Below the pieces are notes generated by a model. That model ran no database searches. It saw only the letters and a program-made list of their open reading frames with translations, and was not told where the DNA came from. This document shows, in pieces, positions 29,067 through 38,585 of a DNA stretch of 40,303 bases. The first letter of the stretch is position 1. Each line of letters opens with the position of its first letter. The translations under genes were made by a program, and so were the position numbers. The DNA lies in assembly GCA_051278125.1 (NCBI GenBank), contig JBNMNV010000001.1, positions 1 to 40,303 of the forward strand, in the 5' to 3' direction. The DNA is from Polaribacter sp. GTDB taxonomy: Bacteria > Bacteroidota > Bacteroidia > Flavobacteriales > Flavobacteriaceae.

Positions 29067-29562
29067 AATGGTATGTTTTTTCTAAGGATGCTCCTATAAA
29101 CTTTCTTGCTCTTGATACTAAAACTCTAACGTGTTCCAATGTAATTTCTAGTGTTGCTGCTATTTCTTTAAATTCGTAACCATCTAAATCGCGCATTACA
29201 AAAACCTCTTTTTGTTGTTCAGGTAATTTTTTTAGAATTTCCTGAATAATTCTATTTAGTTCTTGCCATTCTATATCAGAATTTTCATTCGATGATTTTA
29301 TCACCTTTAAATAAGAAGTAGCATCATCTACCAAAAGTGTTTTTTTACGCAATACATCTATGCAATAATTTCGTGCTGTTAAAAATACCAACCCTTTTAT
29401 GTTAGGATGTTTTGCTACCTGATTTCGTTTTTCCCATAGTTTTAGCATTATTTCTTGAATTGCATCTTCAGCATTATGATTGCCACCAAGCATCCTTGCA
29501 ACCATTGGGTAAATTCGTTCTGATAATGAAAAGACGTTCTGTTTAAAATCTTGTTTGTTCAT
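29050..29562 (-). CDS. ECF-type RNA polymerase sigma factor (ATG 29562 preferred over 29592)
   Basis: AEDAIQEIMLKLW, ARNYCIDVLRK, LPEQQKEVF...EIAATL...VSRARK. Confidence 0.95.
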   Translation of the reverse strand: MNKQDFKQNVFSLSERIYPMVARMLGGNHNAEDAIQEIMLKLWEKRNQVAKHPNIKGLVFLTARNYCIDVLRKKTLLVDDATSYLKVIKSSNENSDIEWQELNRIIQEILKKLPEQQKEVFVMRDLDGYEFKEIAATLEITLEHVRVLVSRARKFIGASLEKTYHYERGK

Positions 29563-29675
29563 TCTATATGTATAACGTAAAAAATGAATCATTCATAACA
29601 AATAAAATTATTTTTCTTTAAAATATATTTAAATAGTTAACTTTATTTAATTTTTAGATCAACACAAAAAATAAA

Positions 29676-29878
29676 GTGAGTTCAAAAGAACTCAAAAACA
29701 AACTAAAATAGACGCTATCAGAAATCTTATTTGCAGAAACAATTCAAGTCATAAAAGACAATTATACGTTTACCCCAACGACTTTTATCAACGGAAATAT
29801 TAAAATAAAGTAAGAGAAAATTTGGGTGTCTCTAAATTGTTTGCATTTGCCATTCAGCAGCAATTTTATGAAAACTAG
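29676..29878 (+). pseudogene. HopJ-family protein pseudogene
   Basis: KELKNKLK*TLSEILFAETIQVIKDNYTFTPTTFINGNIK / frameshift / ENLGVSKLFAFAIQQQ; TAG at 29709-29711; 3' half missing. Confidence 0.75.
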
Positions 29879-30063
29879 TTTTAAAAGAAAAATAAATACA
29901 ATTTTAAAGTACTAGAAATTAAAAACGTATTTGTGAGTTAGTAGCTAACAAATGTTAACAATAACGGTCTTTTTTCCTAAAAGCAAGAATAGAATTATGA
30001 ATAACGAGCTCTTTTTTGTTAGCAAGGTTAAATAGGTACTGTTTTTTTTGAAGTGTAAATATT

Positions 30064-30681
30064 TTAATAAAGTTCAGCGGTACCCCAATAATTAAAACTT
30101 GCAGGTTTCCATCCTGGGATATACATTTTTTCTAAAGTCTTTATTTTAAACCCATTTTCTTGAATAATGAATGGGATATCTTTATTTAAATGACAACCAC
30201 CGCCGAGACGTTTCCATAACGGATTAATGCTACGCTGCCATTGTTGAGTAACTTTATCCGGAGCTTTGCCATGTTCGCAAAAAATTAATGTTCCATTTGG
30301 TTTTAAGACTCTTCGTACTTCTTCAAGGGCTCTATTTGTATCAGAAATTGTACAAAGGGCATAGGTAATTACAACGGTATCAAAGTGGTTATTATCTTCT
30401 GGTATATTTTCGGCAAATGCTTCTATAAATGCAAACTCAAAGGGTAGGTTTTTTACATCGATGCTATTTTTCTGCCATATTTCTCTTGAAGGATCGATGG
30501 CAGTTAAATGCGTCACCTTTTCTTTATTATAGATGGGCAAGTTCAACCCTGAGCCCACTCCAATTTCCAGAACATTTCCAACAGCTAATGGAATTACTTT
30601 CATTCGTTGGCGCATGCTGGCGTTTTGTTTACAAGCGAAGTCAATTACGGAAGGAAGAATATATTTATTATAAAGGCTCAT
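30064..30681 (-). CDS. Class I SAM-dependent methyltransferase
   Basis: VLEIGVGSGLN, FDTVV, RVLKPNG, EHG...GGCHL. Confidence 0.93.
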   Translation of the reverse strand: MSLYNKYILPSVIDFACKQNASMRQRMKVIPLAVGNVLEIGVGSGLNLPIYNKEKVTHLTAIDPSREIWQKNSIDVKNLPFEFAFIEAFAENIPEDNNHFDTVVITYALCTISDTNRALEEVRRVLKPNGTLIFCEHGKAPDKVTQQWQRSINPLWKRLGGGCHLNKDIPFIIQENGFKIKTLEKMYIPGWKPASFNYWGTAELY

Positions 30682-30864
30682 GTTTTTTATTGAATGCCTG
30701 CGAACTTTAATAAAGATACAATATCATTTGAAGTATTTAAAGCAGCCTTGGGCTAAATTAGAAGAAAATACGTCTATAAACAAATTATATTTTTTAAGCC
30801 TGTCAAAAGTTCAGGCTTTTTAATTCGGTACACTTTTAGCAATCAAGAAGTTAAATTTAAACAC

Positions 30865-31221
30865 ATGAAAACCTTTTTAAAAATTTTACTAACGGCTTTA
30901 GCAGTTATTCTGTTAGCCAATATTTTACCTGGAATAGCTATAGATGGTTATGTATCTGCAATTATTGTTGCTATTGTAATTTCGTTATTAAATATGTTTG
31001 TTCGACCGCTTTTGGTTTTTTTTACACTTCCCGCAACTTTAGTCACCTTTGGTTTATTTCTGTTTGTGATTAATGCAATTATCATTTTATTGGCAGATAA
31101 ATTGGTAGATGGTTTTGCAGTTTCAGGCTTTTTAGCAGCACTGTTTTTTAGTATTTTACTGTCTATCTTTAGGTCTTTCTTGTTTTCACTTTTGGAAAAA
31201 GATAGAAGGAATTATAAATAA
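30865..31221 (+). CDS. YvlD/DUF360 ('phage holin family 4') membrane protein
   Basis: Four TM helices; LNMFVRPLL..TLP...TFGLFLFVINA. Confidence 0.9.
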   Translation: MKTFLKILLTALAVILLANILPGIAIDGYVSAIIVAIVISLLNMFVRPLLVFFTLPATLVTFGLFLFVINAIIILLADKLVDGFAVSGFLAALFFSILLSIFRSFLFSLLEKDRRNYK

Positions 31222-31281
31222 CGAATTAGAAGGAATCTCAGTGTAAGATAGCTCGATTTTATTTTTGACTTATAAATAAGT

Positions 31282-32247
31282 TTATGAAGCCAGAAAAGAA
31301 GCACGTTGTAAACGGTCATTCATCGATTTTCCTAAACCAATTTCAGGAAGTCTTTCGGTAATAATTACATCCAAGTCTAAATGGTCTAGTTGATGCAAAC
31401 TGTCATATAATTTTGATGCTGCTTCCTGCAAATTAGAAGTGATTGACAAAATAATTTCAGTAGCAATTTTATCACTTTTAAAGGAAGTATTAAAAGCTAA
31501 AACACCAATTTTTTTATTTTTATGATTTTCAATTTCATCTAAAATTGAAGAAGTTAAAATAGTTTTTGTTTTTGGTGAATAATGTTTGTCTAACATTCCT
31601 GGAGCATCAGGGTTTTCTTCCTTTTTATTTTTGATGGTGATTTTACCAACAACGGTTTCAATATCTTCTATAGCTAAAGCCCCTAATCTGTAAATAACGG
31701 GTTCGTCATTTTCGAAACCAATAATGGTAGATTCTATGCCGTTTTTACAAGCACCCCCATCTAAAACCAATTGAATATCATTCTTAAAATAGCGTTCTAC
31801 ATGTTCTGGTTTTGTAGGGCTAATTTGGTTAAAAGGATTGGCACTTGGCGCGGCTAAAGGAAAAGGTAGTTTTTTAAGTAGCTCTAAAGTTACAGGATGA
31901 TTCGGTACACGCACCGCAACAGTATCTTTGCCTGCTGTAATGATATCGGGAATGTTTTTGGTCTTTTTTAAGACCAAAGTCATGGATCCTGGCCAAAAAG
32001 TATCGGCTAATATTTTTGCTTTTTCAGGTACATGAGAAACAATCGTATCTAGAACATCAACCGAAGAAATATGAACAATTAGCGGATTGAAAAAGGGTCT
32101 TTTTTTGGTTTCAAAAATACGTTGAATTGCTTTTTCACTAAAGATATTTCCTGCTAAACCATAGACAGTTTCTGTAGGAATAGCAACCAATTGATCATTT
32201 GATAACAGCGCAATGGCTTTTTTTATATCTTTAGAAATGATGCTCAT
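31282..32247 (-). CDS. sua5: L-threonylcarbamoyladenylate synthase (Sua5 type)
   Basis: PTETVYGL, KKRPFFNPLIVH, APSAN, GIESTI, linker APGMLDKHYSP and a C-terminal SUA5 domain. Confidence 0.95.
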   Translation of the reverse strand: MSIISKDIKKAIALLSNDQLVAIPTETVYGLAGNIFSEKAIQRIFETKKRPFFNPLIVHISSVDVLDTIVSHVPEKAKILADTFWPGSMTLVLKKTKNIPDIITAGKDTVAVRVPNHPVTLELLKKLPFPLAAPSANPFNQISPTKPEHVERYFKNDIQLVLDGGACKNGIESTIIGFENDEPVIYRLGALAIEDIETVVGKITIKNKKEENPDAPGMLDKHYSPKTKTILTSSILDEIENHKNKKIGVLAFNTSFKSDKIATEIILSITSNLQEAASKLYDSLHQLDHLDLDVIITERLPEIGLGKSMNDRLQRASFLAS

Positions 32248-32296
32248 GGTGATAGTATAAAACCACTATTTTTTAGAGTGATTATGTAATCGATAA

Positions 32297-32818
32297 TTAA
32301 GCTTTTTTATCTTTACAACAAGCCATAGTACAATCTTCTTTGCAAGTCATTTTTTCGGCTTTCATTTTTTCAGCTTTCATGTCACACTTTTCTTTACAAG
32401 CATCAGAACACGCATGTGCCTTTTTAGTGCTTTCAGAAGCTGAATGCATTTCACAATTTTCTTTACAGTTACCTGAACATACATGCGCCTTTTTAGAAAC
32501 TTTTGAAGCTTCAGAAGCTTTGTATAAGTCGCCGCCAGCAATACCATCTACAAAAGCAATTAAAGCTGTTTTAGAGGTTGCATTTGAATCGAATTCAATA
32601 TTGGCAATACTATCGGTAAAAATTACTTTAGCATTTAAAACACCTTCTTTTTTAGATAATTTAGATTGAATGGTTTTTGCACAACCAATTTCGCAGGTCA
32701 TTCCAGAAATAGCTAAAGAAAGCTGCTCTTTTTTTACTTCTTTTTTCACTTCGTCTTTACATCCTATTAAAATGAAACATGCAATTGCGACTGAGAATAG
32801 TACTTTTTGAATTTTCAT
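32297..32818 (-). CDS. Heavy-metal-associated (HMA) domain lipoprotein with a Cys/His-rich tail
   Basis: Lipobox LIGC; GMTCEIGC; tail HVCSGNCKENC / HACSDACKEKC / CKEDCTMACC. Confidence 0.88.
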   Translation of the reverse strand: MKIQKVLFSVAIACFILIGCKDEVKKEVKKEQLSLAISGMTCEIGCAKTIQSKLSKKEGVLNAKVIFTDSIANIEFDSNATSKTALIAFVDGIAGGDLYKASEASKVSKKAHVCSGNCKENCEMHSASESTKKAHACSDACKEKCDMKAEKMKAEKMTCKEDCTMACCKDKKA

Positions 32819-32954
32819 GAGAATAAATTTATAAGTTTATAAAAGCCCGTTTAAAAGGTTATCAAGTTTTGACATTGAGTTATTGTGCAAATTTATCAAT
32901 ATTTAGATAGGTATTTAAATAAATATCAGATTTTTGCAAATATTTATCGAACTT

Positions 32955-33830
32955 ATGAATCCTCAACAACAAAAATGGTTTTATTTACTAGTTCTCTCGT
33001 TAGTTTGGGGTAGTTCTTTTATCTTGATGAAAAAAGCCTTAATCGGTTTAACGCCATTACAGGTAGGCGCTTTGAGAATGATCTTTACAGCAATTTTTTT
33101 ATTATCAGTGGCTTTTCCTTCGTTAAAAAAGATTAAAAAAGAGCATTATAGATATATTGTACTAACAGCATTAGCGGGTACTTTTGTTCCTGGTTTCTTA
33201 TTTGCATTTGCCATTACCAACATCGATAGTTCCATTGTATCCATTTTAAATTCGTTAACACCTTTTTACACCTTAATTTTAGGAGCTTTAATTTTTGGTT
33301 TTACATTTAAAAGAAAGCAGTTATTTGGAATTTTAATTGGTTTGGTAGGAACTTTAATTCTGATTTTAAAAGGAGCTTCTTTAAACCCGAATCAGAATTA
33401 TTGGTTCGCTTTTTTGATTATTATAGGTTCTGTTGGGTATGCTTTAAACGCAAATATGATTAAAAAATATTTGAGTGATGTGCCTGCGTTATCTATTGTG
33501 ACGGGTAATTTTCTACTATTACTTGTTCCTGCAATTATTGTTTTAGGTTTTACAGATTTCTTTGCTACGTTGGATGTAAAAAATGAAATTTTAATGGAGT
33601 CTTTGGGCTATTTAGCCATTTTATCGATTGTAGGAACGGGAATTGCAAAAACTATTTATAATAAATTGGTGCATATTTCAGATCCTGTTTTTTCATCATC
33701 CGTGGCGTATTTAATTCCTTTAGTAGCTATTTTCTGGGGATTTTTAGATGGCGAAAAGTTAAGTGGTATTCAAATATTTGCTGGAGCTATTATTTTATTT
33801 GGTGTTTATTTGGTGAATAAGAACCGGTAA
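32955..33830 (+). CDS. DMT/EamA family transporter (ATG 32955 preferred over 32934)
   Basis: LVWGSSF, about 10 TM helices, YLIPLVAIFWG..DGE. Confidence 0.93.
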   Translation: MNPQQQKWFYLLVLSLVWGSSFILMKKALIGLTPLQVGALRMIFTAIFLLSVAFPSLKKIKKEHYRYIVLTALAGTFVPGFLFAFAITNIDSSIVSILNSLTPFYTLILGALIFGFTFKRKQLFGILIGLVGTLILILKGASLNPNQNYWFAFLIIIGSVGYALNANMIKKYLSDVPALSIVTGNFLLLLVPAIIVLGFTDFFATLDVKNEILMESLGYLAILSIVGTGIAKTIYNKLVHISDPVFSSSVAYLIPLVAIFWGFLDGEKLSGIQIFAGAIILFGVYLVNKNR

Positions 33831-33845
33831 GATTATTTGAATATA

Positions 33846-34006
33846 ATACCAATTCTGCATTGAAATGACCGCAATAAAACGCCCTTTTTTCCTTTCTATT
33901 TTAACATAAAAAGAAACCGTAACGAATGCTATGCTTTATTTTTCTATTTTCTATAAAGAAAAAAATCATCATTTTTTTTACTGTAATTTCAAAACAGAAT
34001 TGGTAT
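33846..34006 (-). repeat. Dispersed palindromic (MITE/REP-like) element, copy C, inverted and longest
   Basis: 12-bp perfect terminal IR ataccaattctg/cagaattggtat; core agcatagcattcgttacggt and ttattgcgg shared with copy B. Confidence 0.75.
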
Positions 34007-34031
34007 AAGAGTTGATAAATTATCAAAAATA

Positions 34032-34062
34032 AAAAGAGCCAAGAAATAAATCTTGACTCTTT
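34032..34062 (-). terminator. Terminator of the M16 peptidase operon
   Basis: aaagagccaaga...tcttgactcttt hairpin next to an A run, just downstream of the 34090 stop codon. Confidence 0.6.
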
Positions 34063-34089
34063 AATTATAGATACTATTTCTAAAAATAG

Positions 34090-36138
34090 TTATTCAAAAT
34101 CAGCATCAGAAACGCCTTCATTTATTTTAATTTCTTTTATTTCAAAATTTAAATCCATTGGTCCCATTTTCTGACCAATTGTATAAGGAAACATAATTCC
34201 GTTTACTTCTTTATAATCACTAAAAGTGGTAGGAACTTGAACTTCTTTTCCGTCTGGAGTTTTTACTGTTTTTACTTCTTTTGTTTTTAAACCAGATTCC
34301 ATATTATAAAATATTTCTTTGTCGTTGTATTTAATTACAAAGTAGTTTACGCCATCAACAGGTTCAATTCGGTCTAATGTTCCGTTTGTATATGCCATGT
34401 CAGAGAAAGGAACTAAATTAGCTTTTGCTTCTTCTATTTGTTCTGGCTGCATATCCATTTTTTGACCTCTTGCTTCTTGATATCCGGTGGAACCATTAAA
34501 AATAGCTTTTTGAGCAACATTTCCCATCACAGAAATTACTTGAGAAGTTTTATTGGGCGCAGCGGCTTTCATGGTCATTACTAAAGGTGTTCCTTGAATT
34601 GTAGCATTTGCAACCATCATAGTTGTTTTTACATTCATTACTTTATCTTTTCCTCCAATAGCTTCGATGTATTTATCAATAACAGTTGCTGCAGTCATTC
34701 CATCTGGAATTGGCATGGTCATTTCTGGTTTCTCAGTCGGATTTCCATATTTATCAAAATATTTAATCACGTAATCTGTTTTTTCTAGATTCTTTAAAAC
34801 ATCAATCCCTTTTCCAGTAATTACAATTCTTGCTTGATCACCTCTAAAATATTTAATGGCAGCATTTTGAACATCATCTAAAGTAACTGCTTTTATATTT
34901 TTAATATAGTTTGCATAGAAATCTTTTGGCAAGTTGTAGCGTTCAATATTCAAAGCAAAATTAGCCACAGTTCTTGGTTTTTGCACGTCCATTACAAAAC
35001 CACCAATGTATTCTTCTTTAGAATTTTTCAATTCTTCTGCGGTAACTTTTTGATATCTAATTTTATTAATTTCTTTTTGTAATTCTACAACAGAGCTATC
35101 GGTTACGATGTTTCTAACACTTGCTGTTGCTCTAAAAGTACCCGCATATCTGTTTTGTCTTAAGCTAGCATAAGAACCATACGTATATCCTTTGTCTTCT
35201 CTAAGGTTCATAAATAAACGAGCAGTTCCGCCACCACCAAGAATATTATTAGCCATTAAAGCCGCATAATAGTCTTTGTCTCCTAAAGTTAAATCTATAT
35301 TATTGATCACTGCAATTTCAGATTGCACGGCATTTGGCATGTTCACAAAATTTATTTCTGTGGTTGGCACGTTTTTCGCTTCTGGCATTGTGTAGGCAGG
35401 AATTTCTCCTTTTTCCCAATCTGCAAATAAGTCTTTTACTAATTTTTTAATCTCTTTTGTATCAATATCACCTTCAATAACCAAGTATGCATTGTTGGGT
35501 TTGTAATACAAGTTGTAGTTCTTTTTTACATCTGCTAATGTAATTTTCTTAACACTTTCTTTTGATGTAAATTCTCCAAAAGGATGATTTTTACCGAAGG
35601 TTAAAAGATTTTCTACACGCCTTGCAGCCGAAGTAACATTTTTTTCATCAGATTTTAAACCATCTAAGGTAATTTGAACTTCTTTGTCAAATTCTTCTTG
35701 CGTAAATTGAGAATTTTTTACGCCATCTGCCATTAAGCCTAATATTTCAGGAAAATATTTTTTTAAGGAAGCGGCATAGGCAGAAGAGCTACCAAAACCA
35801 ACATTGGCTCCTAGAAAATCTACTTTTTCATTAAAATCGTCTTTACTAATGTTTGTCGTTCCACGACCTAATAAGCTTCCCATCATTCCAGAAACCCCAG
35901 AAATTTCGCCTTCAAAGTAAGGCTTATTATCAATAGTTAAACTTGCAGATGCTCTAGGTAATTTATTATTTTCTACCATAATAACCTTTAACCCATTATT
36001 TAAGGTAAAGGTGGTAGGTGTACCTAATTTAATTTCAGGATCTGGACCCGGTTTTGGCATGGTACTTCTATCTATTTGTGCATTTACAGCAACAGATACT
36101 AGAAGAAATGCTATGCATGATAAAATTTTTGTTTTCAT
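34090..36138 (-). CDS. M16 family peptidase, non-catalytic subunit with an extra C-terminal domain
   Basis: No HxxEH; has RLFMNLREDKGYTY (R/Y pair); signal peptide. Confidence 0.9.
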   Translation of the reverse strand: MKTKILSCIAFLLVSVAVNAQIDRSTMPKPGPDPEIKLGTPTTFTLNNGLKVIMVENNKLPRASASLTIDNKPYFEGEISGVSGMMGSLLGRGTTNISKDDFNEKVDFLGANVGFGSSSAYAASLKKYFPEILGLMADGVKNSQFTQEEFDKEVQITLDGLKSDEKNVTSAARRVENLLTFGKNHPFGEFTSKESVKKITLADVKKNYNLYYKPNNAYLVIEGDIDTKEIKKLVKDLFADWEKGEIPAYTMPEAKNVPTTEINFVNMPNAVQSEIAVINNIDLTLGDKDYYAALMANNILGGGGTARLFMNLREDKGYTYGSYASLRQNRYAGTFRATASVRNIVTDSSVVELQKEINKIRYQKVTAEELKNSKEEYIGGFVMDVQKPRTVANFALNIERYNLPKDFYANYIKNIKAVTLDDVQNAAIKYFRGDQARIVITGKGIDVLKNLEKTDYVIKYFDKYGNPTEKPEMTMPIPDGMTAATVIDKYIEAIGGKDKVMNVKTTMMVANATIQGTPLVMTMKAAAPNKTSQVISVMGNVAQKAIFNGSTGYQEARGQKMDMQPEQIEEAKANLVPFSDMAYTNGTLDRIEPVDGVNYFVIKYNDKEIFYNMESGLKTKEVKTVKTPDGKEVQVPTTFSDYKEVNGIMFPYTIGQKMGPMDLNFEIKEIKINEGVSDADFE

Positions 36139-36185
36139 AATTTATGTCTTGTTTTTTGAGAACTCAATCTAAGATTAAGGCTATA

Positions 36186-37499
36186 TTATTTTTCTTTTGG
36201 CAAATATTCTAAAAGTAATCGCTGATTAGGATTCAAATATTTTTTTGCAACTGCTTGAATATCCTCCCTAGTAATTGATCTATAAATATCAATTTCAGTA
36301 TTGATTAAATTGGTATCTCCGAACAATACATTATAACGTGCTAAAGAATTCGCAATACCTTCTACACTAGAATTTGAGTTCACAAAATTATTTTCAAACT
36401 GATTTTGCAATTTTTGATAATCTCTTTCTGAAATTAATTCTGTTTGCATTTTAAGAATTTCTTCATCAATTTCTTTAATGATGTCTTCTAATTTTGTATC
36501 ACCTTGTGGTAAACCATATAAAATATAAGTTCCATAATCTTCTTGACTTGCATTAATAGCACCCGCTTGGAAAGCCATTTTTTTCTCATCAACTAACTTC
36601 TTATAAAGCACAGAGCTTCTTCCAGTGCTTAGGTAAGAGGAAATCATGTCTAAAATTCTTGAGTCTCTTGTTTTCATAGAAGGCGTTCTGTAAGCCGCCA
36701 TGATTGCAGGAATTTGAATATTTGCATCATAGCCTTTTGCAGTCATTGCCTCTGTAATAGGATCTTCCATTGGGAAATCTTTACTAATTTTTGCACCTCT
36801 TGGAATCGGTCCAAAATAATCTTGAATCATTTTTTTTGCGGAAGCTACGTCAATATCACCCGCAACCACTAAAGTTGCATTGTTGGGTACATAAAACTTT
36901 TTATTGAATGCTAAAAACTCCTCTAAAGTAGCAGCATCTAAATCTGCCATTTTACCAATCGTGGTTCCTTTATAGGGATGTTTTTTGAAAATATTTTCTT
37001 TAACATATTCTAAAAAACGCGAATAAGGTTGATTGTCTACACGCAATCTTTTCTCTTCTTTAACAACTTCATTTTGGGTATCAACGCCATCTTGACCAAT
37101 AATAGGGTGCAATAAACGTTCAGATTCCATCCAAAGTCCTAATTCTAATTTATTAGAAGGGAAAATTTCATAATAATAGGTTCTATCATCATCAGTGGTG
37201 GCGTTATTCCTACCTCCATTGGAAGATACAATTTTAAACCACTCACCTTTACCTATGTTTTTTGTTCCTTCAAACAGTAAATGTTCAAAAAAATGAGCCA
37301 TTCCTGTTCTTCCTGGTTGCTCATCTTTAGCACCTACATGATACATTACAGAGGTTATTACTACCGGAGCAGAAGTGTCTTTGTGCAAAATAACGTGCAT
37401 TCCGTTATCTAAATCGTACTCTTCAAATTCCACTTTTTGTGCATTTGTAGCAAAAACAAATAACATTGCAGAAGTAAGAGATAAAATACTTTTCTTCAT
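36186..37499 (-). CDS. M16 family zinc peptidase, catalytic subunit
   Basis: GMAHFFEHLLFEG (HxxEH), VVKEE; signal peptide. Confidence 0.95.
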   Translation of the reverse strand: MKKSILSLTSAMLFVFATNAQKVEFEEYDLDNGMHVILHKDTSAPVVITSVMYHVGAKDEQPGRTGMAHFFEHLLFEGTKNIGKGEWFKIVSSNGGRNNATTDDDRTYYYEIFPSNKLELGLWMESERLLHPIIGQDGVDTQNEVVKEEKRLRVDNQPYSRFLEYVKENIFKKHPYKGTTIGKMADLDAATLEEFLAFNKKFYVPNNATLVVAGDIDVASAKKMIQDYFGPIPRGAKISKDFPMEDPITEAMTAKGYDANIQIPAIMAAYRTPSMKTRDSRILDMISSYLSTGRSSVLYKKLVDEKKMAFQAGAINASQEDYGTYILYGLPQGDTKLEDIIKEIDEEILKMQTELISERDYQKLQNQFENNFVNSNSSVEGIANSLARYNVLFGDTNLINTEIDIYRSITREDIQAVAKKYLNPNQRLLLEYLPKEK

Positions 37500-37674
37500 T
37501 GATCTTTTTTTAATAGTTTATAATTAAGGTTGACGCAAGGTTTTTCTAATTTTTTTAGTAAAAGAATTTACAAATGGTCAACTTCAAAATTAAGAAAGAT
37601 AGCTCTTAAAATAGCGTTAAAATTATATAATATTTCTAATTGATAGGTATAAAATAAATTTAATAAGAAGCATT

Positions 37675-37705
37675 GTTGTTAAATTGTAAAAAATAATTAT
37701 ATTTG
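37675..37705 (+). promoter_or_regulatory. Housekeeping promoter of rplU-rpmA
   Basis: GTTG (37675-37678), 19-nt spacer, TATATTTG (37698-37705); same geometry as the tRNA promoter. Confidence 0.7.
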
Positions 37706-37765
37706 CATCCGCATTTTCAGTAAGTTAAATGCATTAATAAGTAGAAATACGCAAAACTAATTAGT

Positions 37766-38149
37766 ATGTACGCAATCGTAGAGATAGCAGGGCAGCAATT
37801 TAAAGTTGCAAAAGACCAAAAAGTGTACGTTCATCGTTTACAAGGAGAAGCAGGATCAAAAGTTACTTTTGATAATGTTCTTTTACTTGACGACGCTGGT
37901 AACGTAACCATTGGCGCCCCAGCTATAAAAGGAGCTTCAGTAACAGCTCAAATTTTAAATCACCTTAAGGGTGATAAAGTAATCGTCTTCAAGAAGAAAA
38001 GAAGAAAAGGTTACATAAAGAAAAATGGACACAGACAGTATTTAAGCGAGATTCAGATTGAATCTATAGCTACTACTGGTGCTAAAAAGTTGGCGAAAAA
38101 AGAAGCTGCTCCTGCAAAAGAAGCTGCTCCTAAAGCTGAATTAAGTTAA
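37766..38149 (+). CDS. rplU: 50S ribosomal protein L21
   Basis: MYAIVEIAGQQFKV...KKKRRKGY..KNGHRQ. Confidence 0.98.
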   Translation: MYAIVEIAGQQFKVAKDQKVYVHRLQGEAGSKVTFDNVLLLDDAGNVTIGAPAIKGASVTAQILNHLKGDKVIVFKKKRRKGYIKKNGHRQYLSEIQIESIATTGAKKLAKKEAAPAKEAAPKAELS

Positions 38150-38196
38150 TATAAGCTTTAAGTAAATTAAAATTTCAATTTTAAAACCATAACATC

Positions 38197-38457
38197 ATGG
38201 CACATAAAAAAGGAGTAGGTAGTTCGAAGAATGGTAGAGAATCAGAATCGAAACGTCTAGGAGTAAAAATATTTGGAGGACAAGCTGCAATTGCAGGTAA
38301 TATTCTTGTTCGTCAAAGAGGAACAACGCACAATCCAGGAGAAAACGTTTACATGGGTAAAGATCATACTTTACATGCAAAAGTGGATGGAGTTGTTGAA
38401 TTTCGTAAGAAAAAAGACAATAGATCATATGTTTCTATAACTCCATTCGAGGTATAA
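38197..38457 (+). CDS. rpmA: 50S ribosomal protein L27
   Basis: [24 protein letters not shown]. Confidence 0.99.
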   Translation: MAHKKGVGSSKNGRESESKRLGVKIFGGQAAIAGNILVRQRGTTHNPGENVYMGKDHTLHAKVDGVVEFRKKKDNRSYVSITPFEV

Positions 38458-38469
38458 GAAATTAAGATT

Positions 38470-38527
38470 TTTTAAAAATAAAAACGCTCAAACTAATTTA
38501 TTAGTTTGAGCGTTTTTATTTTTAAAA
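38470..38527 (+). terminator. Intrinsic terminator after rpmA
   Basis: Perfect 28-bp inverted repeat 38470-38497/38500-38527 with T tracts. Confidence 0.85.
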
Positions 38528-38585
38528 TTATATTTTTGTTTTTCCAATTTCTTTAATTAAATTTATAGAAATATTAATTAGACTC

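Noticed and set aside
30865-31221. 'Holin' as evidence of a prophage
   Set aside because: The YvlD/DUF360 family is commonly chromosomal, and there are no endolysin, capsid or integrase genes nearby
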